Positions 11,634 through 23,810 of a stretch of DNA of 64,000 bases are shown here, one piece after another. The stretch is taken from assembly GCA_024704765.1 (NCBI GenBank), contig JAKMXF010000308.1:380484-444483 (forward strand), written 5' to 3'. The notes below the pieces were generated by a model. It was not told where the DNA came from and made no database searches. It saw nothing but the letters and a program-made list of their open reading frames with translations. Both the position numbers and the translations under genes were made by a program. The stretch comes from Oopsacas minuta. Its lineage: Eukaryota; Animalia; Porifera. Each line of letters starts with the position of its first letter. Position 1 is the stretch's first letter.

Positions 11634-12930
11634 TACCCTGATGGCTGGGTCTTTCAGGAAGACAACGATCCAAACCACACGTCAAAGGTTGCTAAGACTT
11701 TACATGAAAGTGATAATATAGTTATTTCGTATGGAATGACCTGGTTGTAGCCTAGATCTGAACCCGATCGAAAATTGTGGGCTTGGATCAAACATCAGAT
11801 CGATTTGAACCATCCTCGTAATCTTAGTGACTTGAAGAAACCCTTCGTCTATTTGGGATTCTATAGAACCCGAATTTTGAAACCTTATTGGCAATATATG
11901 CTAAAACGTCAGAAGTTAGTGATCCAGAGAAATGGCTTTAAGATCAAATATTAGTCTATAGACACGTTTTAAAATCAACTCGTATTTCGAGGCTTGTGAT
12001 GATTATCTTTTAGAAACTCAGGTTAAAACATAGTCTCAATTTCATTTTGACACACTGTAGGTATAAGTTAAAATGTTGTCAGTTATAGTAAATCGACTCT
12101 GTATATTTCAAACATAACACCAGTTTTTAGTTGCACTTCTGGAAATGGGGCTATGACGTAATCTGGGATATTTGATGTAGTTCATTTTTATGGTTCAAGA
12201 ATAAATGAGTTCTAAATTTGTGAGTGTTATATATCAGCCAGCCCTATTTATTCATAAACTTGAATAACAATGCATACACTAAATTTAATTCTTCATTGGA
12301 TAATTCATAAAAGGATACTAATGAATTCGAAATACACTAATTATAATATGTTATAGCGGAAGTCAGAATTTTTCTAAAAATACATTTCATCCGAATCGGT
12401 GTGCCCCATACACTCAAAGTCAAGATAAGTAAGTGGGCGCCTTTGGGCGGGTGTAGAAATGATTGAAAATGAAATTTAGGAAGATATACTATGCGAAATT
12501 GTCAACTAGTCACCTTGCAATTATTTGCATTGTAAGATCGGGGACCTAAAATGTAGGTCAAGGAGCTGAAATATGGATAATAAAAGACGGATAAAATGCT
12601 TTAAGGATGAATATATCAAGATATTATTTGTTTTGCAAACTGGTTAAAATTAATCACATAGTGCATACGAATACTGATAAATACCATTGAATTACTGAAA
12701 ATCCAGGAATGCTTAAATATCGCAAGAGTATTTGAAGAAAAATATTTTTGGTTTTCAGGTATTCAAATTTCACCCTAAGTTTGAGACTTTTGTTAGACAT
12801 TTTATAAGTTCCTTAAGTAACTAATGATAGAATATTTCTAGGTTTGAAATAGTTTAAATCGAATGCACACATTTATTTGGTAAATAGCGAAGTCAAATGT
12901 TCACCTATTACCGCATATTTCCACACTGTG

Positions 12931-13475
12931 CTTTTACTATTTCTTTAATCTCTGTTAGTCTTTCAGTAGTAATATTGACCTTTAATGGCACAATGTCAAG
13001 GTCTATCGCTTCCCTGTAAAAATACTTGTAACTTGGCTACTAATCGATTACATCTGATAGCATATTGATACAAGCTACAGTTTTGTCTATTGACAAGACA
13101 GTCGCAATTCTATGTGCATTAATCACAAGTTTCATCATAAATCTCTTCAAATCTACGTACCAATGCATGGATACTCCGTCGCACAGCACACATGGCTAAT
13201 TCACGTGCGAGCCGTCAAGGATCAATAGGGCTTATCATTTTAATCTCAGGAGACTGGAGTTCCGCTTGGATCAGTGGAAGTTTTTCTGCTTTCTTGGGAG
13301 AACAATGGAAAGTTTCCGGATTCGTAATATAGTACCTAAACTCACATTATTTGCACATGTTCTGCTCAAGCGTTGACAGCAACAAGTGGAAGTTTATGGG
13401 ACCTGTAGTGGATATAAATTGCACTTGGTGCAAGTAATCTCAGACGCCTTTGAACGCCACTTATATGGCCACACA
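12931..13475 (-). pseudogene. hAT transposase (ZMYM1-like clade), middle part
   Basis: GHISGVQRRLRLLAPSAIYIH-RSHKL, KLFHCSPKKAEKL, RLARELAMCAVRRSIHALV, FEEIYDE. Confidence 0.82.
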
Positions 13476-13480
13476 TTGTA

Positions 13481-15579
13481 TTAGTCCATCAAACCAAAGG
13501 GCTGCTCTCTCTCAGGGTCATCGTCAGGGTGGAGAAAGTTGTCAATGCAGCATTTTGTTAAGTCAGTGTAGGTGAATGCTGTACTGATTGTCCCCTGTGG
13601 GATCCCTATCTGGAAAGTCCCTCCATCCGGGTACACATCCGTAACGGTGCCAATGAGACTGGTGAGACCAATGCTAGCCCTTTCAGTGCACGGAATGGGT
13701 ATCCTTGCATTGTCTCCCTTCTCAATAGTCTTGCTACGTTTCTTGCTAGACTGTATCACGTCAACTCCTTGCTTCCTGAGTGCTCTCCAGCCTCATTGAC
13801 TGAGCTGCTCAATATTCCGCGCGTTCCTGCAGTACTCATCAAGCGCACAGAAGTACTGTACTGGAGTCTTATCGTATGCCTCTACTCTGTCCAGGCAGTC
13901 AGCATGAAATGGATCCAGTTTACAATGGCTGCAACTCACAGTATAGTTGCCATCATCGGTTACACAGACTGGACAGAGAAGATGGTCAGTGAAGTAGGTG
14001 TCAGATGTGAAGGGAATAGGAGATGACGGTGGTAGAGGTGAGAAGGATGGGTCAGAAGGTATCGGCTCGGACTGGCCGGAGGTAATGTTAATACAAGGTG
14101 TAACTTGTATTCCGATCAGCGGGGATACAGTAAGGTTGTAGGAATCGTATCCAGATCGTCGGCAAACACAGATAAAGTAGGCCTTAGAGTCGTCAGGAGA
14201 TCGTCCGTATCAGTGTTGTCTGCTGGCGTGTCCTCCTGCTGCTGGGATGGAGTGAAAGATGGGTAGGTACTGATATCATGGGAAGAGCAAGGCTGTGGTA
14301 GCAGTATCAGTGAGTGTGGCGATCGCTGCAATATCTATTTCATCAGTAGGTTCCTGTAGGGAAAGAGAGGTTAATAACATAGGGCTGGGTGGTGGTGGTG
14401 GTGGTGGTGGTGTATGCGGAGTATGAGCATACTCGGTAACTTGTCTGGTAGCTAGCACCTGTTCCAGCTGGTCCTCATCATCAAGGGTGTTAAGTACCTC
14501 GCTTAGCAGTAGCATATCCACACTGAGATCAGGTGGCGTTCTCCCAAAGTGTACAGAGAAGGGTGTCGCCTTAATACCCGAGTGGTATGCGTTATTCTTA
14601 CTATACTGAACAAATTGTAACTCACTTGCCCACTCATTGGCCTCTTTACCCACATCCATGAGACGTGCAATAATTGCTTCTTGAAATCACCATTAGCTCG
14701 CTCCACATTTCCCAGGTCCTGTGAGTGTCTTGGCCTCCCCTGCACAAGGTGTGAACTTGTCCAGAGTCTGTGGGCGGCAGTGAATAGATGCTTGTTAACG
14801 AACTCTCTCCCATTATCCGTGTGCAAGATGTGTGACGGGCCATGCTCACAGAAGATCTGTATCAAATGTTCAGCCACTTCTACCGCTCGCTTGGACTTGA
14901 GAGGCCTTAGGATGACAAACTTGTTGAAGTAGTCCTGGTAGTTGAGGATGTGCTGATAGTCCTTGTTTGGGAATGTCTGCATATCTACAAGATCAGCCTG
15001 CCCACGCAGCCCAACATTTCTCAGGTATGATAGGTCTGTTAATTACTTTCAGTGTACATTTCCTGCCCTTGTTGGCTTGGTAAATGGCGCAAAGGTGGAC
15101 GAAGAGAAACAATCACTGCACAAAGCACGTGATAGTTGTGGCTCATGAAATACTCGTACATCCTGTCTCGTCCCCCACAACTGAGCTCGTGATGTGCGGC
15201 CACTAACGTATCCAACAGGTCTTCCTTAGTCGCTACGCGTAACTTGCTCGGTGTAGTCCCCCTGAACTCACTCCCTTTCAGGTATAGGACCTTTACACCC
15301 TCAAACTCCTCCACAGAATAGCGCAACTTGGTCCTGTCCTAATTGTGATCGTTTATGTTGCAATTATCTTCTCTGTTACGCCTATAATCCCATCTCTCTC
15401 TCTCTCTCTCTACCAACTGTAAAAACAGGATTTTCAAAACCGCCTTAATCAACTGGCCAACTACCTTTATAATCAACTAGTCAACTACTCTTATGATTTT
15501 CTGGTCAACTACCCTTATACTCAAGTGTTCAACTAATTCACTGAAAAATAATAGAGTTTCTAGAAACACGTTTACTACA
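13481..15579 (-). mobile_element. Ginger/GIN-type element (Gypsy-like DDE integrase, KRBA2/SCAND3-like), defective, 3' end lost
   Basis: HHELSCGGRD zinc-binding region, QADLVDMQ, HILHTDNGREFVN, GRPRHSQ-GNVERANG, SKNNAYHSGIKATPF; no gag, RT or LTR; CAACTA subterminal repeats at 15440-15540; putative TGTAGTAAAC terminus at 15579. Confidence 0.8.
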
Positions 15580-15611
15580 TTATTTCCTAATTTGTCATGA
15601 TCTTCATAGTA

Positions 15612-16430
15612 CCGGATGGGCCAAAAAACAAAACCCTAAGTAATTTTAGGTCACTCTGCTTTATGCCTTTTGTACTAATGAAATAGTATATTAGGATATG
15701 GTAGATACGTCTCTTAGTAGCCGTAATTGCAAGCAGTGGAGCACAGAGAAGCGGATATACTGTGCCTAGCTCGGCAAGTTACATTCTTACAATGCTGTAC
15801 AGACCAAATTTTCACAAGATTTTAAGCAGCCAAAAGCACCCAGCAAATCCATTATCTTTGGATGGATCACGAAATTTGAACAGGAGGGCACTGTTAAGAA
15901 TCTCAACTCTAAATTAGATAGTCGTCTGAGCCACTCCTCAGGGAGGAAGAAGATCCGTACAGATGAAGTTATCGAAGCCATTCGTCAGTCGGTTCTTCAC
16001 TCCCAAAGAGGTCGGCAAGAAAGACGTGTCAATTAATTGGCTTATCACGTACTACACTTCGCAGGGTTCTTTATGATGACTTAAGACTATATGCATACCT
16101 TATACAGATACACCAGAAACTCGCAAATGCCGACAAGGTGAAGAGATTTGAGATGGCTAAGTGGTTACTCACTAAGATTGAGACATCAAAGACCTTCTTG
16201 GACTATCTCTGGACAACGGATGAGGCTCATTTTCATCTTGATGGGCAGGTGAAATCTAGAAACAACGTCTACTGGGGTTCAGAACGATCAACATAAGTGA
16301 CAGAAAAACCCCTACATTCTCAGAAGGTCACAGTTTGGGCTGCATTCTCAATGAAAGGGGTAGTTGGTCCGCTGTTCTTCGAGGAGCAAGAAAAGACTGT
16401 GATGATTAACACCAACCGTTACCTTAACTA
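15612..16430 (+). mobile_element. 5' half of a mariner-like element resembling the DD41D (rosa) group, truncated
   Basis: TA+CCGGATGGGCCAAAAAAC end; ORF from 15698 with KAPSKSIIFGWITKFE, TTDEAHFHLDGQV, PLHSQKVTVW; ends before the second D, so the family call rests on motif similarity only. Confidence 0.75.
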
Positions 16431-17664
16431 CTAAGTCTATCTATTATAAATACACCTCTTTATAATTATTTTCACTTTTATTTTTATTTTTAACTCATTT
16501 TTTGTATTTCTCGTATCTTTTTGAAATATGAATGTCAAAGATCATGGTGTGTCCATTCGCCTGGAAGCAATTGCCATGTTGAAAACTGGAATTGAGCAGA
16601 AGATTCTAGCTTCAAGGCTAGGTGTCGGTTTGAGGTCGATACAAAGGTGGTGGCATAACGAGTAACATGGAAAAGACCGAAATACTAAATTCCTTCCTGG
16701 TAGTATTCCAACCGTGAAAAAGGTCTGCAAGATAGCCATCTCAAAATCTCTAGGGAAGAGGGGGAAGTCAACACGTAAACTTACACGTATTCTCAATGGT
16801 AAGGGATATTCTATCTCGCATTTGCGTATATATCGCTATTTGACCAATTCTTTGGAGTAAAATCATTCAAACGTCCTAACATATCTCGGTTGACACAGAA
16901 AATGAAGGATAAACGCCTCCAGGTCGCTAAAGATCACATAAATTCGACAATTGGTGACTGGAAAAAGGTGTGGTGGTCAGATGAATCACCTTTCCAAGTA
17001 TTCTTCATGCTAAATCATCAAAACGATCGATCTGGGCTCGGAATTCATATAACATTGGACCTATAGTTCAGATGAAATTCCCACAAAAATCCAAGTCTGA
17101 GGTATAATGTCTCACAGGGCTCTCTCAGGATTACACATCATTCCTCCGAAACAAACGATAAATGGAGCCTACTATCGAGATAATATCTTAGCCAAGACGT
17201 GTAGTGATGCTACAAACAGAACTGCAAATATAGGTTCTATTCTGGAGGGATCAATGCTTGCTGACATGTCTGATTTCCTATTCATGCAGGATGGTGCCCC
17301 TCCTCACACTGCGAATTTGACACAGAGATGGTTTGTAGAACACTTTCCTCGGTTTCAGAGGAAGGTTGAGTTGCTGGGTAACTCGCAAGATTTAAACCCG
17401 ATTGAAAACCTCTGGTCAATGTTGAAAGATTGTGTTGGACAAATGGCAAATGCTACTAAGCTGGAAGACTTAATTCTACAAGTCAAATCCGCATGGGCTG
17501 ACATTGACCCTGATATTCTAGAATTTGGTTTGTAGTATGCCAGCTAGGATACAACTTGTATTAGATAGGAATGGTGGTAATATTGACAAATAATTGGAAA
17601 AATACTCGATAACGGAAATTCTATTTACATTTTACTGACCCGCTAAGACATATGATACACCCTG
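16431..17664 (+). mobile_element. Tc1-related DD37E (TRT-like) element lacking its left TIR
   Basis: ORF remnants 16528-17593: WWSDES, FMQDGAPPH…DLNPIE with 37 residues between D and E; right end GACATATGATACACCCTG+TA. Confidence 0.88.
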
Positions 17665-17944
17665 TATATAGATATTAAGCGTATTAAACCATACATATGC
17701 GTTTATCAAGTCAATTGAGGTATATATCAGTAGTACGAATCTAGATACAACATAAAATTTGAGAATTTGATGTTTCATTTATTTTAACATACCATAAAAC
17801 ATATCTTTAAGATTATAAAATATTGTTGATTTAGTTAACCATAACGATTAATCTTATTTTGTATATGAATAACCTTACTCAGTTTGGCGGATGCTCAATT
17901 TGGACGGTAACATACAGATATCTATATTCATAAGACGCAATTAA

Positions 17945-18410
17945 TCTATGTATGTTTGTGTATACGATATATATTTGCTTGTATGTCTAGAATTGATTGA
18001 AGAAACTGGAATACTCTCAGGGCTGACTATTTGCATACAAGGGTATTTCTGACCTGGTTGGGACAATTTCGAGTCTTGGAGGAAAATTGATACAAATGAA
18101 GATATTTTGACATCATTGTCACCTTTTTGTTTTCTAAGAATCACAATATTTACCACTATTCATTCAATATACATTATTGAAGTTTGAAATTTAAATCACT
18201 GGTACCCCTCAATGTGGCAAATGTCCTGATTTCATGATTCTGGATAAATGCAAATTCATTATGGGATAATCACGTCATCATGACTGTACAAAAGTATCCA
18301 ATTTTCCAAATTTCGGACAATGTCACATTTTCTTAATTGCCCGAGTGCCTAGATTACTAACCAAAAGCGATATAGCATCCCCAGTCTCAGCACAGAAGGC
18401 GCTTGAATCA
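17945..18410 (-). repeat. Dispersed repeat family X copy
   Basis: Shares blocks CCAAGACTC, GGTACC-GTGATT, TGACGT and CAGTTTCTTCAATCAATTC with the other copies. Confidence 0.65.
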
Positions 18411-19784
18411 AGTAAATATTTTGCCATTTTCTCTTAGTCCTTATTTTCTCATTTTTATCTTTCTTTTCAACTCTTCACCAAGTCTATTACTTTAATGGAC
18501 TTTTTTCAGAGCTATGATCCTATACATTCTGAAGTATATGTTTCCCTTTTGTATATTGAAGGTAATTCACAGATGAACATTACTTATTTTATATGTCTTA
18601 TGGCACTAGTATCCCGGGATTGACAACGCTACTTCTGATTAACGAACACTTTGAACCATTAAGTATAGAATAGGACACTAAGAGCAACACCTATTATCAT
18701 GGAACACCTCCATATTAGGAAATTGTTTCAGCTGTCCCCAAAGTGTTCCCTTATTGGAGGTTTACTGTAATGCTTTTATATAGGTGAGTTTACAAAGTTT
18801 CACATTTCTAAACTATTCAACTAGCATAATACATGTCAGTGGGAACAGTTGTTAGTAGAATAAAATAGTTCCTTTGAGAAATATATTCAAGTGACCACAT
18901 AAACTACGGGAAATTTTTCACTTATACGAGTATCAACTTATATACTCGTCTAGGTTGATTTTTTTAATAGTTCTTGGAATTGAATTTGTTCCCAGATTGA
19001 CCACATATTGGGTAATATTCCCTGACAATAAATCACAAAATGTTCTTATAATAATATATGCCTTTAGTAATATGAGTCACTTAAAAAATTATGAAGAGAT
19101 TCAAGGATAAGTATATTAAGATTGAGTTTCTTTCGATTTCATATGTAGTAACCCATGAATTGTTTGGGCTGGAGGAAATATTTGGAGCTAGTAGGGATGA
19201 TGAACAACTTTTGGTTATTATTTTGCATGGCCTAAATTTGTAGAAACAGCTATACCTTGCTAAGAAATACTCTTTTGATAGTGTGCCACACTTTGGTTCG
19301 CAGTGAAGCAAAAAGTAGGGCGACTGACTCTCAAAACGGCAACCCTCAAGTCTATACATATATCTATAGGATATTAATTGCGAATTCCAATCTCGGTATT
19401 AGGTTTGTCCAAAGGTTCTACATTTGAGGTTAATTTCAGGCCAATTTCAGGTCTTCTAACAATTAATTGAGTGTAGTTAATCAACTGAGGAATGGGGGAA
19501 CTATACACTAACGGAAGTATAGATATATTGTCACTTTTCACTTGGGATTTATTTTGACCAGAGCCTAATACATTGAAGATTTATCATGGAAGTAATTCAA
19601 TTCAATTTTCGAGGTAATTAAGTGGCGGGATTACCAAGGTAAGATTATCAGAGAAGAAAGAATACCGTAAATTCCCAAAAGCCTGAAAATGCTCTGAATT
19701 ACTTGCAAATGACCTGAATTGTCATCAAAATGACCTGAAAGTGACCCGACTTTTAGACAAGTCGGCCCGAGATCCCGAATTTCA

Positions 19785-20596
19785 ATCTACATCTATATTA
19801 TTAAAACTCAATTTTTGTGGCTGTGGGTGTTTGTTTGTCAGTACAATTTGTATATTATAATAATAGTGAAGATGATCTGCGTGTATATTATAAGGAATAA
19901 CATTCCTTCGGCTGACGATAAATAAAAAATAAACAAATAGTTGAAATTTCTATGTATATTTTGAGTCCGCTGAATCCCAATTCCCATTTTCAAGTTTCTC
20001 TCTTGTAAACTTATTTTTCTTATGAATATACAGTAAACAGATAGTTTAAATCTCGAAATATTCTTAGAAACCTGCTCCTAATAGGTATATTGGGGTAATC
20101 AAGAACGTGGATTCAAAATATGATATTTTCAACTCCATATTGTAAATATTTGTTCTTGTTTAGGTCAATTTTCTAAATCATGTACAATACATCCTTTCAT
20201 TAGTTATCCTATGTCAATCGAGTAAGTTGATTCCAAATATGTTATTTTCAACTACGTATTGTGAATATTTGTTGTGATACGTCGGGTACGCTGATTCTAA
20301 ATGTGATCTTTTCAATTACTTGTTGTCAGTATTTGTTCTTTTCTTTTATTTAACAACCCCTTGGCTACAGATATATCTCTTGGAGTTTCTTTATAATTAG
20401 AATATTTCGAGTCAATATTCAAAATTTATACGTGGGGCGCACGTTTATTCGGATCCCAAAAAATGTAATTTATATGATATTAATTTCCTATATGTGCTGC
20501 TACTTTTCAATTTGCATAATTCGAGGTATGAAGTGTCGAGCCCCATACGAACCACAGACTGTTCGCAAGCTTCGCAGCGCGAGCTCTTATACTACT
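19785..20596 (+). mobile_element. Helitron/Helentron-like non-autonomous element with ~60 bp internal degenerate repeats
   Basis: Starts ATCTACATCTATATTATTAAAACTCAA then (TGTT)n-like tract; GC-rich subterminal segment CGCAAGCTTCGCAGCGCGAGC; repeats near 20112, 20231, 20294. Confidence 0.55.
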
Positions 20597-20964
20597 AAAA
20601 CGCTATTAATCTATAAATGTGTAAATACAATCAACATTCGGTAACTCGAACGTCTGAGGAAATCAAAATCGGTTTGATTTTACAGATGGCCTCGATTTAA
20701 GGTCCCGATTTCCATGCGACACTTTGCAAATGAAGAGCTGAAACTTTACTGCTTGATCAATTTTTTTTTGTACTTTTCATAAATGCAAAATAATTAATGA
20801 TATGCTAGAAACTTAACATCCCTTAATTCGACCCTGATTATCTTTCCGAACAATCGAATGTTCTAGTTAACTGATGCGATAAATACCAAAGTTCAACGAA
20901 GGGAAGTAACTATTCGTTCGAGATAACGATTGTTCAAGCTAACGGGCATTCAATTTACCTGATG

Positions 20965-21430
20965 ACTGTATATATGCTAGCGCACTTCGCTTGTTAGGTT
21001 GCTGGGTAGTAGCTTACTCCCTCATGTTTACTAAAGAATTAGACATCTAAATATCATATGCTTTTGGTCGCTAAGCATGGTATACTCAAAATTTTGGGAA
21101 ATTTCGCTGTTTTAGTACAGTCATGATAAGTTAATTACTTCATGATGAGTTGGCATGGCATTTTCTCACAATCATGACTCCTGGAAATTTAGCTTTGAGG
21201 GGCGTTTGTAGTTTAATTTTCAAACTTCAATAGTGTATATTGCGTGGGCAGTGGCTGATAACTTGATATTTCAAATATCCAATGAGGTGACATTACGTCA
21301 TAATTCCTTTATGTGTGAGTTTTGTTCCAAGACTCAAACTTTCCAAGTCAGGTCTAAAATACTCCTCTATGCCACAAAGTAGTACTGGGGTCCAGTTTCT
21401 CCAATCACCTTTCGTATCACAAACCACAAC
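20965..21430 (+). repeat. Dispersed repeat family X copy
   Basis: ATGCTTTTGGTCGCTA…GTGGCTGATAA…GTTCCAAGACTCAAACT…CCAGTTTCT. Confidence 0.65.
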
Positions 21431-22449
21431 TATGTCACAAGAATTTTCACTTAGTAACAATTTCGTGAATTTTAATGGCACAATCCAAAAAAATCAGACC
21501 TTCTCTATTTCACTTAACGGAGCGACATTTGTTATTCAAATTTACGGAACGTAATGTAGCAGAACGGCCAGTCTACACCAGAGGTTGTCACGAAAATTTT
21601 TGCCTCTCTGACTTTGTTTTGTTCCAGACACACTTTCATCCCTTGTTTAGACACCAGCTTGGCATCTATCCCGCGGGGACCAATTTTCCGATTACTGCCA
21701 CACATATCTGGCATAAGATGGTAATATTCATTATACATAATATGCTCAATGGAAGAACCTTTTGACCTTACTTCAGCTCGTACTCACCGCGTATCTAACC
21801 TACCCGTTTGCGGGTTCTCAACCTAAGCCCTGAAATTCTTGTTATTTATGCTGTTGATTTGACTTTGTTTCTTGTCCAACTATTTAATCTAAAATGTGTG
21901 AATTTATATGGTTATTATCATCTGTTGCCATAATTATCATTAGACTAGCTTGTTTCTCCCATCCCAGTTGTCACAAACACAATTTATTCATAAGGAATGA
22001 ATGGTTTATTAACTACAATTCCAGCCAGTAGATTGAGTACGAGCTGAACTAAGGTCAAAAGATTCGTTGTGTTTATTATCATGAATATTACCATCTTATG
22101 CCAGATAAGTGGATGTGTGGCCGGCACTGGAAAATGATTACTTTCGGACATTAGACTGTTGTATGACCATTTACTTACCTTGACGGTTTATTTATCTCTA
22201 TTACGTGATCATTGATATTTTCTATCCATGACAGTTTACTTACCTTTAGCCTTTTCTAATATTTCTATCGACTATGGCTTCATAATTTATAATTCTTAAT
22301 ACAAATCTACTGATTCGGTTTACAATATATGCATACACGTTATCAACAATTTCAAAGAATTTTACTTCTACTTCGAATCATCTCTTCTAAAATAATCATA
22401 TCATTAAAAGTATACCAATTATTGAGGTAAGGATTTCTGCTATGAATTA

Positions 22450-22960
22450 GATCAAAAATAACGGTTCATAGTGGTAAGATCTGTTTCATAAACACAGAGG
22501 AGCATTGCTGTAATAATGGAGGTCAGAGCAATAACCACTTGCAATGACATTCGTTTTCTCGATATCAGAGTGTCTATTACAAATTAATATGTTAGCATCT
22601 AGCATTTAGAAAAAGCGACAATCTCAACATCTGACCTTAGGCACTATTAGCATCCGTTAGAGATTAGCTTAAATATGTTCTCGGTACGTTACTTTCGAGT
22701 TTTCTCTCAAGGTATCGTGAAATATTGCTTGCTCCCTCTAACAATAATGCAACAAATTCTCCTCTATAATTTTTGAAAAACTAACTTGAGACCCAGTCAA
22801 AATAGCTGATAAGGCACGAAACGAACAATTTCCATTTACCACAATCTGCCAACATCATAGATCGACTTTACTATATAACAAATTGATAGTTTAAGTTTGT
22901 GGGCACCTACGTAGAATTTCTAACCATTGACAAAAGTTGACTGCAATAGTTCCATCGTGT
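22450..22960 (-). pseudogene. OTU-like cysteine protease domain relic (probably transposon-borne)
   Basis: IVVNGNCSFRALSAILTGSQ (Cys codon 22825-22827), GSDVEIVAFSK, NRSYHYEP (22462-22473); frameshifted. Confidence 0.72.
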
Positions 22961-23199
22961 ATGGTGGGCTTTAGTCTCTTGTTTCCATTATCACAATTTA
23001 TAATTTACCAAATAATGAATACAAAAAGTTACTAAATGATTCGTGAATAGAAATAAATAACAAATGAAACTATCTGAGCTACCCAGGGGAGTTACCTGTG
23101 TAGAGAGTTTACTCAAACTTCTATAATTATGTCATAGTTTCGTGAAATAGCTCACCACAAAACTCCAAAACTTTAGAATTATTACTACTCTTGGAGAAA

Positions 23200-23810
23200 A
23201 TATATTGTTTGAAGAAACTGGAAGACCCCCAGTGCTGATTTTGGAGAAGATGAGTTATTTGGGCCTGCTTGGACAGGTTTGAGTATTGAAAGATATTTCA
23301 CACCTACGATGAAATTATGACGTCATTGTCACTTTATTGATTTTCAAAAGTCACATTATTTACCATTGCTCTGCCAATATACATGATAAATGGTTGAAAT
23401 TTGAATTACAGGTACCCTTAAAGTGCCACACGTTCTCCCTTCATGAGTTCGACAGAATCCAGACTCATCATGGGATTCTTACATCATCATGACTGCACAA
23501 AATATTAAAAATTTCCCGAATTTCGATATCTTTGACAATTTACTAATACTCGATGCACGAAGTGCCCTTATTACTAGCCAAATGCCACAGCAGCCGCAGT
23601 AGTCCACCCAATGCCATTGGAATTTGGATGTACCATGGATAATGTAACTGTATTTCCACCATGAATTTTACCTCGAAGAACATAGTGCTGATAAATCCGG
23701 TCATGTAGCGACCAAAAGCATTAAGATATTTGCTGTTGTAATACATCGTTAATTTGAGGAACTAAGCGGTCGCGCAGCGGCCTAGCCAGCGAAGCTTACT
23801 ATTTGTGCTT
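23200..23810 (-). repeat. Dispersed repeat family X copy (longest)
   Basis: 5' GC-rich CGCTGGCTAGGCCGCTGCGCGACC, then the blocks shared with other X copies. Confidence 0.65.

Larger units (their letters stand above)
9747..12057 (+). mobile_element. Tc1-like (DD34E-type) transposon, defective, interrupted by a MITE
   Basis: TIR CAGTCCGTCAAGATGAAACTGAGAC / CAGTGTGTCAAAATGAAATTGAGAC; TA at 9745-9746 and 12058-12059; ORF remnants 10022-11954 with VIFSDEKSIW and WVFQEDNDPNHT. Confidence 0.88.
9693..12930. mobile_element. Non-autonomous element with CACAGTGTGG ends (Transib-like), interrupting the hAT gene and hosting a Tc1
   Basis: CACAGTGTGGCAAAAATG at 9693 and CCACACTGTG at 12921-12930; hAT coding sequence resumes on both sides; TSD not clean (TTCTG/CTTTT). 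Confidence 0.6.

Noticed and set aside
21490-21738. Possible Gypsy RT fragment (FRKF…TNVAPL)
   Set aside because: No YxDD motif or other support; similarity may be chance
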